A model generated the notes under the pieces. That model saw only the letters and a list, made by a program, of their open reading frames with translations, was not told where the DNA came from and ran no database searches. This document shows, piece by piece, positions 27,902 to 39,230 of a DNA stretch of 64,000 nt. Made by a program: the position numbers and the translations under genes. The stretch covers positions 569,159-633,158 of the forward strand of contig JBNZDD010013472.1 of the NCBI GenBank assembly GCA_050575255.1, in the 5' to 3' direction. The number at the start of each line of letters is the position of its first letter. Position 1 is the stretch's first letter. Origin of the DNA: Harriotta raleighana (taxonomy: Eukaryota).

Positions 27902-30439
27902 CTGCAAGACAATGCAACATATATCAGTGCTCAGAATCATTCGCCAATCAGCTTCACACCTGACCTCCTTCCTCCCACCACACCCAAACACAAGGCATCA
28001 TTTATTCAGGTCACTTTTACAAAGCAGTTGAAAGGTGCTAGGGAAAGCTGGCCGCAGCACAGTTTGATTCTCAATCAATCTGACTGGACTTCATTTTTCT
28101 ACACTGTGTCACATCTGAAAACGTCGAAATTCCGCTCAAATTTACTCTTATTTATGAAACACTCAAGTTTTCCTTTCAGTTTATTCCATGATATGATGAG
28201 AAAACAGCCGGGATGATGGATCTGATGGATGAGCTACCTCTCATTAGCTTCAGTCCCGACAATCACAAGATCCTCGCTGTATACCCCCACCGGTTCTGCA
28301 TTACGCAGTCACCCTTGCCCATCAACAACAACAACTTGCATTCCTAGATCAGCGTATCCAACTTTTAGTGGTTGGGAAATGGGTGACAGTGTCTGATTTT
28401 ACTGCTCTCCCTTCTTGCATCTCGTAGCAAAGGATTGCAGTGTCGGGAAGCAATGTGACAAACAGAATTCAATGGACTGAATGTCAGCACAGGCTTTTAT
28501 AGACTTCCTTGCACAAAATGCATTCACGAGCACCTAAACGTCTGATCTTTTGGACTGAAATCATCCAGATAATCGAAGCTTACAGCGGCTTTGCAAAATC
28601 TAATTTTTATTAAACCTGCCAGTGTCCCCAAAATAGCAAGAGTACACTGGGAAAGAGCTGGGTCGTGATCCATCATAATCCTTGTGTTTAATATGGTAAC
28701 TGCCTCCACATGTTAGTTAGTGTAAAGCACCAATTCCTGCCGTCTTCAGCAGTTCTGCTTCTCTCTTTGCTCGGTGTCTCGGGAGATGAGCGTCCGTCGC
28801 CAAGCAACGGCAGCAACAAGAGGCAGACTAAAAGGTGTCAACACTTATGAGGCAACTCCTAGGCAGATGGTAGAATTAAGGAACGGATTTCTGCCAGAGA
28901 CGATGACAGGTCTGCTGGGCGAGAGGGAGAGAGAGAGAGAGAGAGAGAATCAAATTGGAAGTCAACTGTGTAGCAGAGGAGACAGATGATCATTTCGAGA
29001 TGAAACACTCCAAATGGTCAACTCCGTGAAGCTGATGTGAACAACTGGATATATTCACAGCCTTGGCTTGGTTGGAAGTACAGTATATGCTGCTGAAGTG
29101 CGAGTCTCTACCGATGATCCAAAGCATTCAATAAAGCATTTTACTTGTTTCCGATGCCTGTATTGCCATCCACTCTATAAATTTAATTGTTCTGCTCACT
29201 GCTTCATTCAGAGTATCTCTCCTATCCTCCCCACCCACCCCCGGCGATATCTACACATTAGGAGCAATGACCTTGTGGAAACTAAAGATTCACTGGCAAG
29301 ACACTTGCAGTTTATTTCGGGCATAATTTGTCCGGATTTATCCTACCGCACAAAAATGCAAATCCATTGGATAATGAGGCGGTAACGAGAGGACAGAATG
29401 GAAAGATCATTACCGAAAATAAAGAGAGGTTAGAATTTGCACGGACACATACACCCGGATGCGTGAGGACAAGTACGCACACACAAATATACACACACGC
29501 GCGGATGCGTGAGGGCACACGCACACACGCGCGCGGTGGTTGAAGCAGAATCCCTAATGGGTTCTTACAAAAGGATTCGACAAACATGTGAAAAATATAG
29601 CGTGAAGGGAAAGAAAAGCGGGCTAAAAAGACTCTTTCAGGGGACTAACAATAGACACGATGGGACAGGGGACCTCCTTCTATTTGTAAATTCTGTTTCT
29701 ATGTTAATCTACTCTCCTCTTTCCCTTGGAGTTGCACCAATCCCATCAGTTTGCAAATCTTGAATTGCCTTCAAGTACAAAATGCAACAAATCGGATTTT
29801 CAGCCAGAAATTCTCAACAGCTCTTTGTGTTTCCCACACTAATAGGATCTCATTGACAGACAGACATCACATAGACATCTTAAGCACTGAGCCTTTTGTA
29901 GTCTCCCAAACAAAAAAAATCCCACAGTCAAAAGAATAGACTTTAAAAAAGCTGAATTGTTGCAACACAGTTTGGCATGATTTTTATGGTGAGTATTACT
30001 ACAGTCAACATCTTCCTCTACAGCGCTTTCCGCACAAAGGAACAACTCAAAAGTCCTAGAGTACACAAAACGAGCAAGGAAATAAGATAAGATATACAAG
30101 AGTTGACCAAAGAAGTAGTTCAAGGGATGTTTTCGGAAGTACAGTACTTCAAAAAGAAAAAAGAAAAAAAATGATGCAACTCTAGATTGATGAGTTGCTT
30201 TTCAATTTACATTTAGATGCAAGGATTGTTCACTAATGACAGGATAACAAGGTTGGTGAAATTAAATGATTCCACCCCCCCCCCACCAACCCACCCCATA
30301 ACAAAATTTAATTATCTCCTCTGTACAAGCACTGGCTAATACTGAAACCTCCAGGGCCAGCCATTGTTTGGTGGTGATACATGCAGAGAGATGCATTGTT
30401 TTAATCTGAGGTCGTTTACTTTAATAGTGATAAAAAATG

Positions 30440-30724
30440 ATCGTTGCATTTGATATAGAGCTTTTCACATCTTATCGATGTCTCAAAGTGCTTCATAGAA
30501 TATACTGTAAAGTGAATTGACTGTTTATTTGTGGGTGAATTGCGGCAGCCAATAGTGCATAGCAATGGCCCACAAACAGTCGTGGATTGAAAATGACCAA
30601 TTTTTATTATTGTGTTTTTTTTTGACAAATTATTATTAGGGTTTCACCCTGATCTGCATGGATTCGAACACAGGTCTCACGCTTGTAAGACGAGAGCTCT
30701 AACCGCCGAGCTACAGGAGCTCCA
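30440..30724 (-). mobile_element. Deu-SINE with internal deletion
   Basis: Same consensus. Confidence 0.85.
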
Positions 30725-30800
30725 CTTTAGGACCATCTTAATCCGCCTCCTGTTAAAAAAAGATGGCGTGGACTTTGCGCTAGGCTGGATGGGCACTTTA

Positions 30801-30935
<135 letters not shown>

Positions 30936-31986
30936 TCATAAAATTCATGAGTAAACAGCAGTAACCAAAACACCAATAATAATAATAATAATCCTTGCTA
31001 TTTGATACAGCGCTTTTCACGTCTTCCAGACGTCCCAAAACGTTTCATGGATTTAATTATACCGTAAAGTGAATTGACTGTATATTTGTGGGTGAAACTT
31101 GGCAGACAATTGCACACAGCAGCATCCCCACAAGTCAGGTATATTCATTTGGATGTTCATATGACGTAAATAATAATAATTCTTATATTTGATATAGTGC
31201 CTTTCACAAAGGACATACATCTCAAAAGCAACAACTCACAAACTTCACTGCATTAATGACTATACTCTATAGAATACATCTGCACACCACAATATAAAAT
31301 ATAATAAATCTCGTAAAATGAAATATACAGTCAATCCACTTCACAATATATTCTGTGATGTGTTTTTTTGAGATGTCTCGATAACCTAATAATAATAATA
31401 TTATTATTAAGGTGCTTAGGTGCTATTTCAAATGCAAGGATTACGATTATGGTTATGAAAATGAGCCACATTGTTAATTGCCAGATAAGGACTCAGTTGG
31501 CTTCAGGAAACCTCTGCATTATTCAGTGGATGGGGAAGGAGAGGGAGAAGGGCAGAGAGAAACGAGAGGGAAGAAGGTGAAGGAAGACAAGCTCGTGAGT
31601 TTAGAATTGTGCAATTACATTAATGTGGATTCTGTATTGCTGCACAATTTACAAAAAGCTCAGTTCTCTCCTGCCATCAAGTGTCATTCTGTAAACTGCT
31701 GAACTATAATATTGTGCTTTTGGAAATGCCGCTAGAAGCGGCTCTGATATCTCAATACTTTGGAATGGCCACTAATGGTCAAGAGGAGTCAAGACCCCTC
31801 ACTCAATTTATGATATTCCTAGCATTCTTCTTCCACCTTTGACCTGAAGAGATCATCTTGACTGTGTGAGAATAGTGTTAACAAATAGTGAGATAGCATT
31901 CAGGGCAGAGAACCCCTCTGACAGCAAAGAGCTGAAGGTTTGGTTGACTCCTGGGTAAAAACAACCACTGTGCCAGTGATTCTTAC

Positions 31987-32041
31987 CTTGTAATCGATGG
32001 ATCAAAGTCTGCTGTTCAGTTATGTTACTTTGATGTTTGGT
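31987..32041 (-). CDS. GOLM2: GOLM2 coding exon 3
   Basis: TKHQSNITEQQTLIHRLQ aligns to recalled mammalian VKLQNNISYQMADIHHLK. 55 nt, acceptor cacaag|, donor G|GTAAGA, phase 0-1. Confidence 0.9.
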
Positions 32042-33688
32042 CTTGTGGAGCAAGGAAGGAAAGAAAGAGAAACATAAGTTAGAAGCAGATTTTGGCTGCA
32101 GATAATTTCTTTGGCTGCAGATAGGTTAAGGAATGGATGCCATTCCCCAATGCGAATTTGAAGACATCCAAAATTTGGATGTTTGTAGAGACTCTCAAGA
32201 GTGCTTTGAGAGATGTTGATGTTATTGGCGCTCTACTATTAAACGTTGGAATTATTGGACTGTTTCAACATCTCTCAAGCCTCTCAAAGGAGATAAACAA
32301 CACAGCCCTTTACACTTTCCAGTTCTCCTTTTACCACAAGATAAGATCCGAGTCCAGAGATGGAACTACATTTTTTCTAGATTAGATGGGGAGTACTGTA
32401 TTTGAAGTTGGGCTGAGTAACAACCCTATAATAATAATAATCTTATTGCAGACCCGCATATATCAGACCTTTTGAAAACCCTGGGCTACCCTTGGGAAAA
32501 GGCACTCTGTGAGTTTTGCAAGGATCTTTATTTCCTCATTACACTGTCAAATGGAATGAAACGATGACAGATCTGCAACACTTGCTATTTGGCTACAAGC
32601 AGCTTAAATCCCAGCGATCGAGTTGAGCAAAAAAAAACCTAAAGCCTAGACAGCAGTAACAAACACTGTACGGCTGAGAACATCAAGGAGAATAAACCCA
32701 TCAAAGTGTCAACTCGCGTTCAGCAGCCCAGCCGAAACTCCCATCTTGGCATAGATCAATATTGTTATTACCTAAACTGAACATTACAGCGGGAGCTTGG
32801 AAGAAGGGGAAACAAACGCTACTTAATGTTTTTCGGCAACGTTCAATGTTAAGCCACTCACCTTGATAAATGGCAAAAATATCGAGACGGTGTTTACAGA
32901 ATTCAATTCAATTCCCCCTACATTCAATCAGCGTGGCTCTAAAGACTCATTTTTCAAGCTTTACTGATCGACACTGCAGTAACACTTTGGAACTGAATTC
33001 TCGCTGCGGAAATAAGCCAAGCATTATGAAGACCTGGAAAGGCTGCAATGATAACATGTGTCGTCCTTGGAACCAGTGGAGGAAATGAGAATTTTCTGAT
33101 CTCCTTTGATCCGTATTTCTAAATGTAATTTTGATTGATTGATGCTATCTCTCGCCTATTTCTTCTGCAGGATCCAGTTTATATGGTGGCAATTTCATTT
33201 GCAGTGAAATAGCTGCATAAGAGAAGGCTAAAATTTAAGACGTGAAGCCAAATTAGGTGAATCTGCCCAACAATGGAACTCTACTGAACATGTCCATACC
33301 TCAAAATAAGTGAATGTGTATGTGTGTGAGAGAGAGATACCGTCCTGCGCTCTGAGAGGCCGTCCAATGTGGAGAACTACATAAATCCAAGTTGTTGTTG
33401 TTGCTGCATGCGTGAGGGGTTAGGAGTTAGGTCTTAAAAAGTTACCAGAATGTAAAGCACCTTGATTTTTTTTCATTAAGATGCTGCAGAGGCAAGAGCA
33501 AAAAAAAAATCGCCAAACAGGAAGGTGTTCTGAGATAAATTCATTACAACCAGGTGTTGAAATCATGCTAGTACCCATACATACAGTATAAATTCATGCC
33601 TCTCACATTGGGAAGGCAGCTCAAAACGCTTGTAATCAGTTGAACGGGGATAGTACCAAATAACAACCTTCTTTCGGAATATATAAAA

Positions 33689-34034
33689 TAAATAATAATC
33701 CTTGCATTTGATATAGCGCTTTTCACATTTTATCGACGTCTCAAAACGCTTCACAGAATATACTGTAAAGTGAATGGACTGTATATTTGTGGTCAAAATG
33801 TGGCAGCCAATTGCGCACAGCAGCGCCCCCCACAAACAGTCGTGGATTGAAATCACCAATTTTTATTATTGTGGGTTTTTTTTGGACAGATTATTATTAT
33901 TAGGCGCGTGTGTGTGTGTGGTGTGTGTGGAGTAAGGAAACTTGCTCAAGTTTTCGCCCTGACCTGCCTAAATTCGAAACACAGATCTCACGCTTGCAAG
34001 GCGAAGGCTCTACCCACTGAGCTACAGGAGCTCC
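33689..34034 (-). mobile_element. Deu-SINE, full length
   Basis: Same consensus. Confidence 0.9.
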
Positions 34035-35501
34035 ATATCTTAGGGGAACACAGTGCGGAAAGTCAGTACTTGGACACTGGGTCATCAAATTATTCCAGTC
34101 GTTGCAGACTAGCGTGGCCCTCTCGTTAGCTGGCTGCAACTGATCTACGACAAAGGAGGTTGGGCGCATGCCGTAGCAACAACAAATTCCCTCAGAAAGG
34201 CGAGAGAAGGTCAAGTCGAGGGTACCATCTCGGATGGCGGAGGCAGCGTTGCCTTTACCAGAACCGGCCTGGGAATTCTCGCTAGGTGAATTCAGGCTAG
34301 GTGCCTGAAACGGGGCAAGGGGGTGGGGGGGGGGGTGGGGGCGGGGAGGTGTGTGTGTGGGGGGAAAACATTCTGTTTAAACCACGCCGACTTCATTCCG
34401 CTTGAGCAACGCGCAATTTGTCGTTCGGGAAAAGAAAAGAGGCAGCAGAACCACTTAGCAATTTATGACGTGTAATTGAGAGCATCCTCGGAGCACTGCA
34501 CTGAGACTCCCTCAAGCAGTTTGTGTGCGTGAAGCAGGTGAGAAACCGTAAGAGAGCCATCATCTCAAACTCATAAAAATTGTGAAAATTAATTGAAGCG
34601 CACTCACTGTGCCGCCAAAGCTCACACTGGTATCGAGCTACAAGGACCCCCACCCACCTCCCCCCACCAGCACATACCCAGTTGGTTTGAAAAGGAAACT
34701 ATGCTTAAAAAAAAATCAGCATCAAGGTACATATCCTGCAGCTCCGCACATGTTATTTAACGATGCGTTGCTTCTGAATGCAACGGAACCCGGGTGCCAC
34801 CAGTCACTGCCGTCTGATCAAGAGCCATAAAGGACATATAAAGCAATTGACTGCCTATTTTCACCCTCGAAATACACAGTCCCTTTACAGTATATCCTGC
34901 AAAGCGCTTTAAGACATCTCGAAGACAGGATAGGCACTAGATCAAATGCAAGAATTATTATTATTATTATAATTGGAAACCAATCCACTGCCTAATCCAG
35001 TACCTCCTTTACCGTGCCTCCTGCTACAGCACGCTTTACGCTTCCTTGTTACTTTGATCAGGCAGTGGTGGATATCAAAATTCAGCTTACAATTTACAAT
35101 CACAACGAAATTCCTTTCCTCTGGTGATAATAAATCTGCTTGCGCAGGGTTAGATCTGAAGTCTCCCCACACTCCCAAGGGGTTACCTTAGGCTGGCCTG
35201 ACCCTGACCGTGACTTATCAACGTAGCTAACGAGCGGTAATACAGCAATTCCGCCCTGGGAATCAGCAGCGAGCGGCCGTAATCTACAGCTGAGCACGTA
35301 GCTAATTTCAGCAGCAGCTGCTCGCTCAACAGGGACTGTTCAAGTGAAAACAAGAGTACTTTCTACCCAGCAGCAGACAACCAAAAGGCCAACCAACATC
35401 CCTTACTGCAGCTGTTAAAAACGCATATCCCAAACAACAGACTCAGACGATACAACACAAAAAAGCAGCGATTTCTTGCTATCACCAAAGCCGTGGCTAT
35501 C

Positions 35502-35837
35502 CAGCTCAGTGGTTAGAGCACTCGCCTTACAAGCATGAGAGACCTGTGTTTCGAATCCAGGCAGATCAGGGCGAAACCTTGGGCAAGTTTCTTCACTCCA
35601 CACATGCGTGCCTAATAATAATCCGCCAAAAAAACCCCCCACAATAATAAAAATTGGTCATTTCAATTCACGACTGTTTGTGGGGTCGCTGTGTGTGCAA
35701 TTGGATGCCGCGTTTCGCCAACAAATATTCAGTGAATTCATTTTACAGTATATTCTGTGAAGCACTTTGAGGGGTTGATAAGATGTGAAAAGCACTATAT
35801 CAAATGCAAGGATTATTATTATATTATTATTATTATA
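35502..35837 (+). mobile_element. Deu-SINE, full length, antisense to GOLM2
   Basis: agctcagtggttagagcactcgccttacaag...gttcgaatcc-like B box...gcaaggattattatt. Confidence 0.9.
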
Positions 35838-36809
35838 AAGCTCCGGAACAATCACTCTTCCACAAACAGTTTCTTGCCGTTAGAAAACTGATGGTGATCC
35901 AAATCCCAATGAGCAAATAAGAGGCACGAGAGGCCATGGCTGCCCTGAATGGTGGGTGAATCTCCACCGTGCTGGGGAATTGAAAGTGTTCCAGGTGCAT
36001 TTAATCTAAAACCAAATCAATACAAAAAGTACTTTCAATTCCGATCACTCTCCAGTGATCTCAGCTGGAACGTGTGTGTGTGTGTGTGTTGTGTGCCAGC
36101 TGAGGACAGGATGCAGGTTGGAAGGCGAGACACCCCAATCTCCAGCACATCGTCTCAGCTCACAAAACAATAGCCTAACCAGCAATAGGGGCAGTTTCCA
36201 TCTGTCAAAAGGGAAACATTTGAGGAAAGAAAAATATGCGTATATATATATATCTATATGTATACATACATGCTGTACATATCTATTATATATAAAAATA
36301 TTTTTAAAAATTATTTAAGAAGGAAGGGTCAAATTGAACTAGGCCTTTTCAAAAGTTAATACTAATCCTTAACATTCGATATAGCGCCTTAACACACCAC
36401 TGAGATGTCTTGAAGCGGTGTACTGTACACTCTAAAGTATATATTTTGTGGGCGATATATTGATGTGTTGGCAGCGACACTCTTGTTTATTTTCCAGGGA
36501 AGGAAATCCGGTTTGAAACTCTCCCCAAAAATAAATTCTGTGATGGCTCCTTAAGACGGAAAGATACATGTGTCAGGTTTCCTTGTCTCACAAACAACTG
36601 TACAAATAAAGCAAGAACCATCGGTGTTGGGGTCAGTAGCAAAAACAAAAGACTTAAGTTCCAGCCTTGTATTATGTACGAAAGATCAAAATCGGGAATT
36701 CAATAGCAACCAAAGGGAAATTCAGTGCTTCAAAGGTTAATCAAATCAATTGCTTTCACACTGCTGTTCTCAGTTCAGCAATTGTGCCTTAAAGCCAACA
36801 CATCTTCAC

Positions 36810-37144
36810 ATAATAATCCTTGCATTTGATATAGCGCTTTTCACATCTTCTAGACGTCTCAAAGCGCTTCACAGAATATACTGTAAAATGAATTGACTGT
36901 CTATTTGTGGGCGAAACACGGCAGCCAATTGTGCAGAGCAGAGTCCCCCACAAACAGTCATGGGTTGAAATGATCAATTTTATTATGATGTTTTTTTCGG
37001 AGGGAATATTATTAGGCGCATGTGTGTGTGTGTGTGTGTGGAGTAAGGAAACTTGCCCAAGGTTTGGCCCTGATCTGCCTGGATTCGAACACAGGTCTTG
37101 CACTTGTAAGCCAAGTGCTCTAACCACTGAGCTACAGAAGCTCC
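36810..37144 (-). mobile_element. Deu-SINE, full length
   Basis: Same consensus. Confidence 0.9.
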
Positions 37145-37927
37145 ACATGCACTGAAAACACTTGTGCAGCGACACTAAAGCAGCACACGTGATGACAGTC
37201 TATCAATGAGACTCATGACTTGGCCCCATCTTAAGAAATCGAACACGCTGCACTGGCAGTTCTGCGCCGAGCCCTTTCATTACCTAATACGTTCCTTCGC
37301 TGTTTAAATGCCGCGGCAGGAAAAGGCTCCGTCAATGACACAATGAATTATTCGACAAAGAAGCTGGCTCAGGCTGCACTTTTCCGCACGATGCTTTGTT
37401 TTTGTGAAGAGAAGTGTCAATTATTTCCTCCCAGCGCCAGCGTTGAATTCGCAAAAATAGCTAGTAGCTATAGCTCAGCGGTGCATTGTAGAGAGAGAGA
37501 GAAGAGAGAAGAGAGAGAGACTGTGAAGAGCTGAGCAAAGATGAGAGCTTCTCCTCCGCCTCCAATCACAGTAAGTTCTCAATCGCTGGCACAACTGTCT
37601 GGCCGTAATCAGGAAAGAAGTAAACGCCATCACAAACACTGATGAAATGATAGTACATTTACAGCAGTCATTCAGCACATTAAGCCTATGCTTGAGTAAA
37701 CTCTTCTGTTATTTGAATCCTAAAGGCCTTGGGTTTTTTCCTCCATTGTGTGTGTGTCAAGACCTTCCTCTTTGACCGCGCCTTCGGCTCCCCCCGACAC
37801 TTCCCCCTCTCCCACTCTTCTTCCCCCTCCTTCTACCCCCGACTCTCCCCACCCTGCTCAGGTCCTGTTCAGCGGTTTGGGATGTACCCCCGTCGTGCAA
37901 GGCGCTTTACAAGTGTAATTTTGTTGT

Positions 37928-37979
<52 letters not shown>

Positions 37980-38136
37980 GGAGTGCGCCATCATTTTCAT
38001 GGCAGATATGATCTGTCGCCATGTTCAGTGCCACATCCTCCGTAAAGTGGATGGAGTGAGGAGGCCAGTTGCATCCCCGACAAACTTGTTTCTGCTCCTC
38101 CGCAGTCTCATATCTGATGACAAAAGCAATCTCAAT

Positions 38137-38207
38137 AACGGGGATATGTGGAATCGACTTTCCCACTCTCAGTGACATTGTTTCAATTTCTCATCCCATT
38201 AATTTCC
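38137..38207. repeat. Inverted repeat, left arm (pairs with 39160-39230)
   Basis: aacggggatatgtggaatcgactttcccactctcagtgacattgtttcaatttctcatcccattaatttcc is the reverse complement of 39160-39230 at 67/71 positions. Confidence 0.95.
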
Positions 38208-38931
38208 AAAGAAGAATTTGGTCGCTCAACCCACGACTGTTTGTGGGGATGCTGCTGTGTGCAATTGGCTGCCACGTTTTGCCCACAATCATACAGTCAC
38301 TACACTTTACAGTATAATTGCGTGAAGCACTTTGAAAGGTCTAGAAGAATGCGAAAAGATCTGTATCAAATGCAAGGATTATTATTATGATAACAGGATT
38401 TTGTGGACACCCCTGGATTTGCTAGTCTCTCACTCTGATTCAAAATGCATGTACGTAAAGTTGAGGGCCCTGGATGATCACAGTGTGTTCGCTCTTGTGC
38501 GAGCGGTGGTGTCTGGGGGCGGTGAGAAGGCACCAGCACAGTAAATAAATTTTAAAAAACTGCAGTCATAGGAGGGCGGAGAAGCTAGGAAGTAAATAAC
38601 CACAGCATGTAAAAAAAAAAGTCAGTATTCCTATGAGACTTTTGTTTAGAGAATTAAAAAACCTGAGATAAAAGGAACATTTAGTAATGGGCAAAACAAG
38701 CAGGAATTAATAGACAGTGAAAGCCTGTCCAAGTACCACTTGAGCTTATACACTGTTGGCTCTGTTGATTTGCTGCTTGGTTTGTTTCCATTTATTAACC
38801 ATTGCACGAATATTCCGATCCATTTTACCAGCTAATGAAAGCACTGAGTACATTTTAATCTAGGGTAAGAGACAAAGTGAAACACTCAAACCCCAACCTA
38901 ATTGTTACCTCTCAAACCCACGCCGGCTTAC

Positions 38932-39102
38932 CTTTTCCTCATAGCATTTCTTCACTAAATTGTCTTTCGTTTGCAGCTGGCTGCCCAGAATGTGAAACTC
39001 CTCCTCTTTCTCGTCGATCTGTCTCCTGTGACTGTCCACCTGTCCCATAAGCTCCGAGTTCCTCTTTTCCAGGCGGCTTTTGGCCGTCTCAGTCTTCTTA
39101 AC
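38932..39102 (-). CDS. GOLM2: GOLM2 coding exon 2
   Basis: VKKTETAKSRLEKRNSELMGQVDSHRRQIDEKE...KCYEEK. Acceptor cccgcag|, donor AAG|GTAAGC. 171 nt, phase 0-0. Confidence 0.96.
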
Positions 39103-39159
39103 CTGCGGGAGCAGACAGGCGGACGGGAGTTTACTGCACAATTCGGGAGGATTTTCAAC

Positions 39160-39230
39160 GGAAATTAATGGGATGAGAAATTTAAACAATGTCACTGGGA
39201 GTGGCAAAGTCTATTCCACATATCCCCGTT
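39160..39230. repeat. Inverted repeat, right arm (pairs with 38137-38207)
   Basis: ggaaattaatgggatgagaaatttaaacaatgtcactgggagtggcaaagtctattccacatatccccgtt. Pairing extends imperfectly about 10 nt outward. Confidence 0.95.

Noticed and set aside
28191-28226. C/D-box-like ATGATGA...CTGA
   Set aside because: Too short for a snoRNA, antisense to the host gene, and no terminal stem.
35502-35575. tRNA-Val-like genes in SINE heads
   Set aside because: A and B boxes are present, but there is no proper acceptor stem and the sequence continues into the SINE body.
38137-39230. Interpreting the inverted repeat as the TIRs of one transposon
   Set aside because: The interior is a conserved host exon, and I saw no target-site duplication or known TIR terminus. 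Two independent MITE remnants cannot be excluded.
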